Assembly: GCA_947478395.1 (NCBI GenBank)
Contig: CANJVR010000001.1
Coordinates: 704,001-768,000, forward strand
From: Opitutia bacterium
GTDB taxonomy: Bacteria > Verrucomicrobiota > Verrucomicrobiia > Opitutales > Opitutaceae
Direction of reading: 5' to 3'
DNA: 64,000 nt
Shown here: positions 55,508 to 64,000 of the stretch, one piece after another
Position numbering within the stretch: the stretch's first letter is position 1
How the letters are laid out: each line of letters opens with the position of its first letter
Notes under the pieces: model-generated
The model's input: only the letters and a program-made list of their open reading frames with translations
The model's database searches: none
What the model was told of the DNA's origin: nothing
Made by a program: the position numbers and the translations under genes

Positions 55508-56427
55508 TTTTTCATCTTCGCCACAAATTCTTCCGGCTCCCACCCGCTGCCGTCGGCGCGATGGATGATTTTTCCCGTCGGATCGATCAACAGCGTCGCG
55601 AGGCTGTGCTTCAACAAGTCGCCCTCGAATTCCGCCACGACGCCAAATTGCGTGAGCAAATCACGGATCGCGCCTTCCGGTCCGGTGAGAAACGAGAAGT
55701 TCGCCGGATCGATCCCGCGGACCGCCGCGTACTCCTTCAAAATCCCCGGCGTGTCGTAGGCCGGGTCCAGCGTGATTGAGATCAACTCGATGTTCGGCAG
55801 CGCGGCTGCCTTAACCTGCTTTTGCGCCGCCATCATTTTCAAAGTCGCCGCCGGGCACTTGTCGACGAACGGGCACCGGGTAAAAATGAAATTCAACATC
55901 ACGGTCTTGCCGCGAAAGCGGCCGCTGGTGATCACCCGGCCTTCCTGATCCAACAGCGTGAAGTTCGGGATCGCCTCGCCCATTTCGCGATACGCGGCCT
56001 TGCCCTTGGTCATGGTGTCCTCCCGCAACCCCCGTGCGCCGGCGGCGATCGCGGCATTCGTCGCCTGGTCGTCCGGCCAGATTTTTTCCAGACGGGAATC
56101 GCCGTTTTTCTCGCGGACCAATTCCGCGCGGATGTGCTGCCCGGCTTTCAACACCCGTACATCGCCGCCCGACACCGCGAAATCCATGGTCATCGCCGGC
56201 ATGAGTCCCTTGACCTCGTCGTGCCGCACCGTGATCGCCTTGCCCGCCTCATTCACGGACAAAACTTCGCCGGTCAACGCATAGCGTTCGGCCCCGTCGG
56301 CTCTGGCCGCGACCGCCGGCGCCGACGCCGCGGCGCCACTTTTCTCAGTTCGATCGCAGCCCGTTGCCCCAGTTAAAATCAAGCCGGCCAGAATCAACCC
56401 AAGCGTGCGGCGCGCATAAGTTTTCAT
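55504..56427 (-). CDS. Lipoprotein with CusF-like copper-binding domain fused to an SCO1/SenC domain
   Basis: ATGC lipobox; HDEVKGLMPAMTMDF; FTRCPFVDKCP; distal His in LKHSL. Confidence 0.9.
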   Translation of the reverse strand: MKTYARRTLGLILAGLILTGATGCDRTEKSGAAASAPAVAARADGAERYALTGEVLSVNEAGKAITVRHDEVKGLMPAMTMDFAVSGGDVRVLKAGQHIRAELVREKNGDSRLEKIWPDDQATNAAIAAGARGLREDTMTKGKAAYREMGEAIPNFTLLDQEGRVITSGRFRGKTVMLNFIFTRCPFVDKCPAATLKMMAAQKQVKAAALPNIELISITLDPAYDTPGILKEYAAVRGIDPANFSFLTGPEGAIRDLLTQFGVVAEFEGDLLKHSLATLLIDPTGKIIHRADGSGWEPEEFVAKMKK

Positions 56428-56513
56428 TACATCACAGATTCGCGGGTGGAAAACATTGTCAAAGGGTTTGCGGCGGCCAGCACCTGCGCTTCTTCTCAAC
56501 GCTCCTTCCGCTC

Positions 56514-57500
56514 ATGGCCTACGGCTCACCGCTTCAGCGCACTGCGGGCTACAAGCCCGCCCTCTCGGCCTTTGCCGTGCTGGGCAGCGCGTGGGTCTTT
56601 GTGTTGGTCGTGCTCGGGGCGTTCACCACGAGTATCGGCGCGGGCATGGCGTTTCCCGACTGGCCGCTGTCGAACGGCTCCCTCAACCCCATCGGTTGGC
56701 TCGACAATCTCGCCATGTTCGCCGAGCACTCCCACCGGCTGAGCGCCGGGCTGATGAGCATCATCACGCTCGTGCTCGCGATCTGGCTCTGGCGCACCGA
56801 GGAACGTGCATGGCTGCGGAAACTTGCGGTCTTCGCCTTCGGGCTCGTGATCGCGCAAGCCGTCGTCGGCGGCATGCGCGTCCTGTTCGATCCGGTGAAA
56901 ATCGCCAGCGGTGAGACCAGCGTCGGCCGGCTTTTCGCCATGCTGCATGCGTGCCTCGCGCAGCTCTTCGTCTGCACCTTGATTGCGATCGCACTGGCCT
57001 GCACGCGCGGCTGGATCGAACGTCCCGCCGCGGTGAGCGCAGGATTGCGCCGCGCCGGTGTGATCTGCTGCGGCCTGCTTTTCGCCCAGCTCGGGATCGC
57101 CGCGGTGATGCGTCACAGCTTCGCCGGGCTCGCTATTCCGACGTTTCCCTATTCGACCGCCGCCGGCGGACTACTGCCGCCCGAGTGGAGTTTTCACGTG
57201 GCGATCCATTTTGCCCACCGCGTGATGGCGCTCATCCTTACGGTCTCGCTCGTGTGGTTTGCCGTGAAGATCTGGAGGGATCGCGGCACGTCCCTGCTCA
57301 TGCGCTGCGGCGCGTCGTGGCTCGTGAGTCTGCTGGCGTTTCAACTTCTGCTCGGGGCGTGGATCATCTGGAGCCGGCGGGCGGCGACGATGACCACCGG
57401 ACACGTGCTCGTGGGCGCCGCGACGCTCGCCACCGCTTTTTCGCTCACATGGCTCGCTCATCGTGATCCGATCGAAGAGCCTAAACTCCATGACCGCTGA
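56514..57500 (+). CDS. ctaA: Heme A synthase (COX15/CtaA)
   Basis: GMAFPDWP, FAEHSHR, QAVVGG, LHAC and HFAHR motifs. Confidence 0.9.
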   Translation: MAYGSPLQRTAGYKPALSAFAVLGSAWVFVLVVLGAFTTSIGAGMAFPDWPLSNGSLNPIGWLDNLAMFAEHSHRLSAGLMSIITLVLAIWLWRTEERAWLRKLAVFAFGLVIAQAVVGGMRVLFDPVKIASGETSVGRLFAMLHACLAQLFVCTLIAIALACTRGWIERPAAVSAGLRRAGVICCGLLFAQLGIAAVMRHSFAGLAIPTFPYSTAAGGLLPPEWSFHVAIHFAHRVMALILTVSLVWFAVKIWRDRGTSLLMRCGASWLVSLLAFQLLLGAWIIWSRRAATMTTGHVLVGAATLATAFSLTWLAHRDPIEEPKLHDR

Positions 57501-58383
57501 AACCACCGTAGCGCCCGTCGCGGCCAAGCTCAGCGATTACCTCGAGCTAACCAAGCCGCGGCTCAGCCTGCTCTCCGTGCTTACGGCCCTGGTCGGGTAT
57601 CTGGCGGCGCGGCCCGAGTCCAATTCCCTGCGCCTGATCCTCGTGGCCATCGGCACCTCCCTCGCGGCTGGCGGCGTGGCCACCCTCAACCAATGGATGG
57701 AGAGCGATACCGATGCGCAGATGAAACGCACCGCCGACCGACCGATTCCGACCGGCAAAATCCCGACCGGGTCCGCGTTCGTCTTGGGCTGGCTGATGTG
57801 CCTCGCGGCGTTATTTCTATTTTTCGCGAAGGTGAACTATCTGTCGGCGCTGTTCACCCTGCTGACGATCATTGCGTATCTCGGCTGGTATACCCCGGCG
57901 AAACGCTGGTCGCGGTGGAGCACAGAGATCGGTGCGATCGCGGGCGCATTTCCGCCCCTGATCGGTTGGACAGCGGCCGAGAACCGCGTGACGGCGCTCG
58001 GCGGAATTTTGTTCGGCATCCTGTTTTTCTGGCAAATCCCGCACTTCATGGCCGTCGCGTGGACCCACCGGCGCGATTATTCCGCCGTCAATTTTCCGAT
58101 GCTGCCCGTGCGCGACGAAAAAGGCGGCTGGGTGGCCGGCTGGTCCTTGGTGACGACGCTCGCTCTGATCGCGGTCAGTCTGGCCCCGTGGCTGCTCGGC
58201 CTCGCGACGGTGTGGTACGGCGCGGTCGCCATTGCCGGTGGCAGCTGGTTTCTGTGGCGCGCCGTGGTTTTTCTCCGCGCGGAAGGCCGCGACGCAGCCG
58301 CGCGAAAACTCTTTCTCTGCTCCATCGCGTATCTTCCGCTGGTCCTCGGCGCGCTGGTGGCTGACCGCATGGCGAACTTCTGA
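57490..58383 (+). CDS. cyoE: Heme O synthase (protoheme IX farnesyltransferase)
   Basis: LTKPR, DAQMKRTADRPIP, YTPAKR, GAFPPLIGW and WQIPHF motifs. Confidence 0.96.
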   Translation: MTAETTVAPVAAKLSDYLELTKPRLSLLSVLTALVGYLAARPESNSLRLILVAIGTSLAAGGVATLNQWMESDTDAQMKRTADRPIPTGKIPTGSAFVLGWLMCLAALFLFFAKVNYLSALFTLLTIIAYLGWYTPAKRWSRWSTEIGAIAGAFPPLIGWTAAENRVTALGGILFGILFFWQIPHFMAVAWTHRRDYSAVNFPMLPVRDEKGGWVAGWSLVTTLALIAVSLAPWLLGLATVWYGAVAIAGGSWFLWRAVVFLRAEGRDAAARKLFLCSIAYLPLVLGALVADRMANF

Positions 58384-58492
58384 CCCGGAAATTCTCACCG
58401 CGGGTCCAGAGGAAACGAAGCGACCACGGCCCTGACCCTCTCCGTTACCCTTGTTGTCTGCTTTAAGAATCCGAAACGCATCCTCCGCCTCC

Positions 58493-58927
58493 ATGACCGT
58501 TCAAGACATTCCCGCGCTCAACGCCTCGCTCAACGCGATCGCCACGGTGCTGATTTCCGCCGGCTTCATCCTGATCAAAAGCGGACGGCGAGAAGCGCAT
58601 CGAAAGGTCATGACGACCGCGATGGTGGTCTCGGCCATTTTTCTAATCGGCTACGTGACGCACAAGATTCTCATCCGCGGGGTGCACACGCCCTTCGGCG
58701 GCGAAGGTTTCATCAAGGGCTTTTACTACACGATGCTGATCTCGCACATCATCCTCGCGATCGCCGTCGCCTACATTGTACCGCGCACGTTTCTCTACGC
58801 GATCAAAGGGGACTTCATCCGTCACAAAGCCTGGGCCCGCGTGACGTTTCCGATCTGGTTCTACGTTTCCGTCACCGGCGTGCTGGTCTATTTCTTTCTC
58901 TACCAGTGGTGGCCGGCGGCGCGCTGA
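58493..58927 (+). CDS. DUF420 (CtaM-like) oxidase assembly membrane protein
   Basis: PALNASLN, AHRKVM, SHIILA and HKAWAR...IWFYVSVTGV motifs. Confidence 0.92.
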   Translation: MTVQDIPALNASLNAIATVLISAGFILIKSGRREAHRKVMTTAMVVSAIFLIGYVTHKILIRGVHTPFGGEGFIKGFYYTMLISHIILAIAVAYIVPRTFLYAIKGDFIRHKAWARVTFPIWFYVSVTGVLVYFFLYQWWPAAR

Positions 58928-59191
58928 GACGCGTAGGGCGGTGCCGCCGGTGCGATGCCATGAGCACGCGTGTTTCCGAGCGATTGAAGTAGTCGGAACG
59001 ACGCTCCCGAGCCGGCTTCGATGACGGTTCGGATCAAGATCGCGAGCCCAGCCAGCAGCAACGTTGATGCACCGGGCGCGCACCAAAGCCTTGGCCCGCA
59101 TCCAGCGACCAAAATACCGATTTTTTCGAGACTAACTGGTGGGCGGGGTATTAGGCACCGCCCGCGCTACAGTCCCCAAAACAATCGAACC

Positions 59192-59698
59192 TTACTTCAC
59201 GATCAACACGCCTTTCATTCCGATTTGGAAATGGGCGGGGAAGCTGCAGAGATACGGATATTCGCCCGGCTCGGTCGGAGCCTTGAACGTCACTTCGGCG
59301 GATTTGCGGGGCCCGAGCACTTCGGAGTGAGCAATGACCTGATCCTTGAGGGCCGGCGGAATGTAATCGGTGTCCTTCGCAACCATCGCAGCCGTCGCGA
59401 ACGCCGCGAGATCGCTGCCTTTTTTGAGCAGCACCCAATTATGCCCCATGACTTCCTTCGGCGCGGTGCCGTTGTTGGAGAACACCACTTTGAGTTCTTC
59501 GCCGGCCTTGGCTTCGATCGAGGTCACGCTGAAGACCATCGTGTTGTTATCGCCGGCCGTGATTTCAATCGTGCGCGGGCCCGCGGGTTTTGCCGCAGCC
59601 GCAGGGGCCGCCGCTGACACCGTGGAATCGGACTTGCCGCAGCCAGCAACGAAAAGGACCGCGAGGGTCGAAAAAAGAAGAGCGCGTGGTTTAATCAT
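59192..59698 (-). CDS. Azurin/auracyanin-like blue copper lipoprotein
   Basis: Lipobox VAGC, Ala/Pro linker, MGHNWV and CSFPAHFQIGM type-1 Cu ligands. Confidence 0.93.
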   Translation of the reverse strand: MIKPRALLFSTLAVLFVAGCGKSDSTVSAAAPAAAAKPAGPRTIEITAGDNNTMVFSVTSIEAKAGEELKVVFSNNGTAPKEVMGHNWVLLKKGSDLAAFATAAMVAKDTDYIPPALKDQVIAHSEVLGPRKSAEVTFKAPTEPGEYPYLCSFPAHFQIGMKGVLIVK

Positions 59699-60000
59699 GG
59701 TCGGCGACGTTCAACGCGCACCCCGCCGCTGGCAAACCTGAAGACCTGAAAAGAAGCGCGACGCGCGGCCGGAAGGAGTTTTGCTGATGAGGCATCGGCC
59801 GGCCGCGATCTTTAGTAAATGTGAAGGACGCTCCGGCGCTGGCGAGCGAGCTGACCTACCTCGATTTCAGCGCGCCTCGTTAGAGCTAGCGCCGCCGAAC
59901 TGTCCGCGGTTCACCGCGCGTTGCGAGGAATCGACGCGACGCCCAAACCGTCCTGCCCATCGCCAGAATCGCCCTCCGTCTGGATCGAACCGCTTTCCCC

Positions 60001-62691
60001 ATGTTTTTGCCCCGCCTGACTCTGCGCTCAATTCGCGTCGCGCCCTTACTCGCTCTCCTCGCGGCCCCGGTCCTCGCCGCCGACGCACCCGTTGCCCTCC
60101 ACTGGCTCGGCGGTGCCGCTCCCGCCACCGATGCTGTCGTGAGCTGGGGCGTGCCGTGGCCGAAGGGGAAAATCCAGAAGTCCGACGCCCTCGCCCTCCG
60201 CTCCGCCGACGGCAAATCGCTGCCCGTTCAAACCTGGCCGATGGCGTATTGGCCCGACGGCTCACTTAAATGGACCGGCCACGCGGCCAGCCTCGACGCA
60301 AATCTCAACGGCCCATTCACAATCACTCCGGGTCAACCCGCCGCTGCGGCGGCGCGCGTCACCGCCAGCGAGGACGCTAACAGCATCACAATCGACACGG
60401 GCGGCGTGCGCGCTCGTTTGCTGAAACAGGGCAACGCCATCGTCGATTCGCTCACTGTCGCCAATCAGGTCGTCGCCCAAAACGGCCAGCTCATCGTGCG
60501 CCGTGAAGATCGCTCCGCGTACACGACCCAAGGGATCATTCGCGAAGAAGCGTTCAACGGTCGCGTGACCAAGCTCACGCTGGAACAATCCGGCCCGGTC
60601 CGCGCCGTCGTAAAAATCGAAGGCGTGCATCGCGCCCTGACCGGCCCGCGCGAATGGCTGCCGTTTACGCTTCGCCTTTATTTCTTCGCGGGCTCCGGCC
60701 AGATCCGCGTCGTCCATTCTTGGATTTTCGACGGCGACGCCGCGACCGATTTTATCAAGGGCCTCGGCCTCGCGTTCGACGTGCCGTTCCGCGAGGAACT
60801 GCACAACCGCCACCTCCGTTTCGTCGGCGATGGCGACGGCGTGTGGGCTCAGCCCGTCCGCATGTTGCCGGGTTATCGCACCCAAACCGGCCAAGAAATC
60901 GCCACGCTCTCCCCGCCGCACCTCGCCGGCCAGCGCGTGCCGAATGTCGCCAATCTTTCCGCCGGCTCGCAGGCCGCGCTGCAAACCATGCCGATTTGGG
61001 GCGACGCCAAACTCACGCAGCTCGGGCCCAATAGTTTTTCCATCCACAAACGCACCACCGAAGCCGGCGCATGGCTTCACGTCACCGATGGCCATCGCGC
61101 CCGCGGCCTCGCGTTGATCGGAGATGTGTCAGGCGGCATCGCCGTCGCGTTGAAAAATTTCTGGCAGAAATATCCCTCGTCCATCGAGCTCACCGGCGGC
61201 GCTCAACCCGTGGGCCAGATCAAATTATGGTTCTGGTCGCCCGCGGCCGACGCGATGGATCTGCGGCATTACGACACCGGGCCGCACGGTCTCTCCACGA
61301 ACTACGAAGATTGGAAACCCGGCTGGTCCACGCCACTCGGCGTAGCCAACACCAGCGATCTGACCCTCTGGGCCTTCGGCGCGATTCCGGCCAACGAGCA
61401 GCTCGTCGCAATGGCGCAAACCGCGAGCGAGCCGCCGATGTTGGTCTGCACGCCGGAATATTATCACGCCCAAACGGTCTTCGGCCACTGGGCCCTCCCC
61501 AATCGCACGTCCCCGGCCGCCCGCTGGGTTGAGGATCAGGTGAACGGTCTCGTGGATTTCTACCGCAAGCAGGTCGACGAACGCTCGTGGTACGGCTTCT
61601 GGGATTTCGGCGATATCATGCACAACTACGATTTCGGCCGGCACGAGTGGCGCTACGACGTCGGCGGCTGGGCGTGGGCCAATACCGAGCTCATGCCCGA
61701 CATGGTGCTGTGGTACACATTTCTCCGCAGCGGCCGCTCCGATATTTTCCGCATGGCCGAGGCGATGACACGCCAGACGAGCGAGGTCGACGTGCATCAC
61801 ATCGGGCCGTTCGCACCACTCGGCTCGCGGCACAACGTCAGCCACTGGGGCGACGGCGCGAAGCAACCGCGCATCAGCCACGCGGGGCTGAAACAATTTT
61901 ATTATTTTCTCACCACCGATGAGCGCGTCGGCGATTTGATGCGCGAGCAGATCGACGCCGATCTGACATTCTCGTATCTGCAGCAATTCAACGGCTCCCA
62001 TTACGTACCCAACGCCGATGGCAGCCCGCGGCTCGACGCGCGCGCCAATCCTGCGCCGCGACCTGAGCAATTTGCCGCACGGCCCACGACGCATGTGGTC
62101 TCCACCCAGCTCAACCTCGAGTGGATGTGTTACGCAATGAACTGGGCGATGGAAGCGCAGCGCACCGGCGAACCGCTTTGGCACGACCGCATCACGGCCG
62201 ACATGCGCACGATGGCGGCGAAGATCGGACCCGATGGACAATTACCCGGCCGCTATTTCGACATGCTCTTTGGTGGGCCGGAAAACATGTTCGAACTCGA
62301 GCCGATGTTCGACGTCCCCGCATTCTGGAACGGCTGGGTCGCCGCAACCGCGGCGATCGGCCGGCAGGTGAACGGCGGCCAAATGACCGCGCCCCGTCTC
62401 CTTGCGTACGCCGCGCATGCGAAGAACGACAAAGCCCTCGGTCTGCTCGCGTGGGAAAAACTCATCGGCAATTCGCTCCCGCCGCTCAACACGCCCGCCC
62501 GCATCGCAAACGCGAATGTGGTGAAGCCAGTGACGGATCCGTCCTTTATCGGCGATCCGGTGGGCTGGCAGTTGCACGGCGTCGCGAGCATTCATTGGGC
62601 GCTCAACGCCCTCGAAACCCTCGACCTCGCCGGCCCTTGGCTGGCTGACTGGGAAGCCGCGCATCTCGACTTAAAAAAGGTAGCGCCATGA
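60001..62691 (+). CDS. Exo-rhamnogalacturonan lyase-like protein (PcRGLX/YetA, PL26)
   Basis: WGVPWPKG, AYWPDGSLKW, WYGFWDFGDIMH, WRYDVGG and GSRHNVSHWG motifs. Confidence 0.82.
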   Translation: MFLPRLTLRSIRVAPLLALLAAPVLAADAPVALHWLGGAAPATDAVVSWGVPWPKGKIQKSDALALRSADGKSLPVQTWPMAYWPDGSLKWTGHAASLDANLNGPFTITPGQPAAAAARVTASEDANSITIDTGGVRARLLKQGNAIVDSLTVANQVVAQNGQLIVRREDRSAYTTQGIIREEAFNGRVTKLTLEQSGPVRAVVKIEGVHRALTGPREWLPFTLRLYFFAGSGQIRVVHSWIFDGDAATDFIKGLGLAFDVPFREELHNRHLRFVGDGDGVWAQPVRMLPGYRTQTGQEIATLSPPHLAGQRVPNVANLSAGSQAALQTMPIWGDAKLTQLGPNSFSIHKRTTEAGAWLHVTDGHRARGLALIGDVSGGIAVALKNFWQKYPSSIELTGGAQPVGQIKLWFWSPAADAMDLRHYDTGPHGLSTNYEDWKPGWSTPLGVANTSDLTLWAFGAIPANEQLVAMAQTASEPPMLVCTPEYYHAQTVFGHWALPNRTSPAARWVEDQVNGLVDFYRKQVDERSWYGFWDFGDIMHNYDFGRHEWRYDVGGWAWANTELMPDMVLWYTFLRSGRSDIFRMAEAMTRQTSEVDVHHIGPFAPLGSRHNVSHWGDGAKQPRISHAGLKQFYYFLTTDERVGDLMREQIDADLTFSYLQQFNGSHYVPNADGSPRLDARANPAPRPEQFAARPTTHVVSTQLNLEWMCYAMNWAMEAQRTGEPLWHDRITADMRTMAAKIGPDGQLPGRYFDMLFGGPENMFELEPMFDVPAFWNGWVAATAAIGRQVNGGQMTAPRLLAYAAHAKNDKALGLLAWEKLIGNSLPPLNTPARIANANVVKPVTDPSFIGDPVGWQLHGVASIHWALNALETLDLAGPWLADWEAAHLDLKKVAP

Positions 62692-62834
62692 ATTTTTCTG
62701 ACCTCTCCGAGGCCACGTGGGTTAACCCTAACCCGCCGCATGCGACAACGCCGGAGCTTCATAGCCACGTCCCACCGGCGCGCTAGAGGCCACGCGCCCT
62801 GCCTTCGATCCCATCCCGCCGCACAATCTCCCGC

Positions 62835-64000
62835 ATGAAATTCACCTCCATCCTCTCTCCATCCGCTCTCTTTCTCGCCTTCGCGCTCTCCGCGAGCGCG
62901 GCTACCCTCCCACCTCGCCAGATGGAAAATCTCGGGCGTGGCGTAGTCGCGATGAAACAGCCCGATGGGAAAATTTTTGTGAGCTGGCGACTCCTCGGTA
63001 CGGAGCCGGAGGCCATTTCGTTCAACCTTTACCGTGCGGTCGCCGGCGGCGCGCCCGTGAAACTCAACGCCAGCCCGATCACGAGCTCCACCAATTACAC
63101 CGACACGCCCGCCGACGCTGCGCAGGAACTCCACTACACCGTCCGCCCCATCCTCGACGGCAAAGAGGGCGCACCCAGCCAGCCATTCCTCGGCCACATC
63201 GCGGCCAATGCCCCCGCCCGTCAATATATCGAAGTGCCGCTGAGCCTGCCCGCCGGCACATCGCCCAATGACGCCTCGGTCGGCGATCTCGATGGCGACG
63301 GCGAATACGACATCGTGCTCAAATCCGAGCAGCGCCCGCGCGATACCGCTTCCACCGGCCTCACTGGCGAAACCCTTCTTCAAGGTTACAAAGTCGACGG
63401 CACACTCCTGTGGACGATCAACCTCGGTAAAAATATTCGCGAGGGCGCCCATGACACCCAGTTCATGGTTTACGATCTCGATGGCGACGGCATCGCCGAG
63501 GTCGCCTGTCGCACGGCCGACGGCACCATCGACGGCCTGGGCAAAGTCATCGGCGATGCCAAGGCCGACTGGCGCGACACGATGCAGGGCTCGCGCACGT
63601 TTGGCCGCATCGTGACCGGGCCGGAATATTTCACAATTTTCTCCGGCCGCACCGGCGCAGCCCTCGCTACCGCCGGATATATTCCGGAGCGGGGCAATCT
63701 CGGCGGCTGGGGCGGCATCGGCGGCAACGGCGGCAACGACAATGCCGGCAATCGTGCCAATCGTTTTCTCGCCTGCATCGCCTATCTCGACGGCGTACAC
63801 CCGAGCGTCGTGATGTGCCGCGGCTACTACGGCCGCAGCGTCCTCGCCGCGTGGGACTGGCGGGGCGGCAAGCTCACCTCGCGCTGGGTGTTCGATTCCG
63901 AGGCGCCCGGCACCGGCAAAGACGGTAAGCCTAACCACGATTACAGCGGCATGGGCTCGCACGGCATCAGCGTCGCCGACGTCGATGGCGACGGACGCGA
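62835..64000 (+). CDS. Rhamnogalacturonan lyase family PL11 (YesW/YesX-like), 3' end outside the window
   Basis: Not in the ORF track; translated by hand from ATG 62835: signal peptide, RQMENLGRGVVA, FVSWRLL, GDLDGDGEY, NIREGAH, YDLDGDG and RGYY. Confidence 0.92.
   Translation, partial: MKFTSILSPSALFLAFALSASAATLPPRQMENLGRGVVAMKQPDGKIFVSWRLLGTEPEAISFNLYRAVAGGAPVKLNASPITSSTNYTDTPADAAQELHYTVRPILDGKEGAPSQPFLGHIAANAPARQYIEVPLSLPAGTSPNDASVGDLDGDGEYDIVLKSEQRPRDTASTGLTGETLLQGYKVDGTLLWTINLGKNIREGAHDTQFMVYDLDGDGIAEVACRTADGTIDGLGKVIGDAKADWRDTMQGSRTFGRIVTGPEYFTIFSGRTGAALATAGYIPERGNLGGWGGIGGNGGNDNAGNRANRFLACIAYLDGVHPSVVMCRGYYGRSVLAAWDWRGGKLTSRWVFDSEAPGTGKDGKPNHDYSGMGSHGISVADVDGDGR

Overview
GC-rich bacterial chromosome segment. 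Gene content and protein styles point to Verrucomicrobiota, probably Opitutaceae (inference from the PVC-type heme dehydrogenase, the Ig protein with RLxNxSxR C-terminal domains and the dnaK-groES-groEL order). It is mostly core genome: proB, rpsR, sua5, gpsA, lysA, sdhCAB, purU, carB, dnaK-groES-groEL, queA, accA, ilvB, tcdA and three tRNAs (Arg-CCT, Pro-TGG, Thr-CGT). It also carries pectin-degrading CAZymes (GH28, PL26, PL11) and a heme A / copper-handling cluster. I saw no integrase, transposase, CRISPR array, prophage or defence island. Most notable: (1) an uncharacterised DUF4177-like protein with three tandem copies of a winged-helix-like domain; (2) a near-consensus sigma54 promoter 13 nt before dnaK with phased upstream repeats; (3) a dispersed ~78-bp REP-doublet family, with one copy read in frame inside a gene; (4) a copper-delivery module with a CusF-SCO fusion; (5) a perfect 15-bp AT-rich palindrome; (6) two gene remnants (MocR, MazG-like); (7) a probable small membrane protein not called on its own by the ORF track. 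All family assignments are from motif recognition by eye, without database searches.
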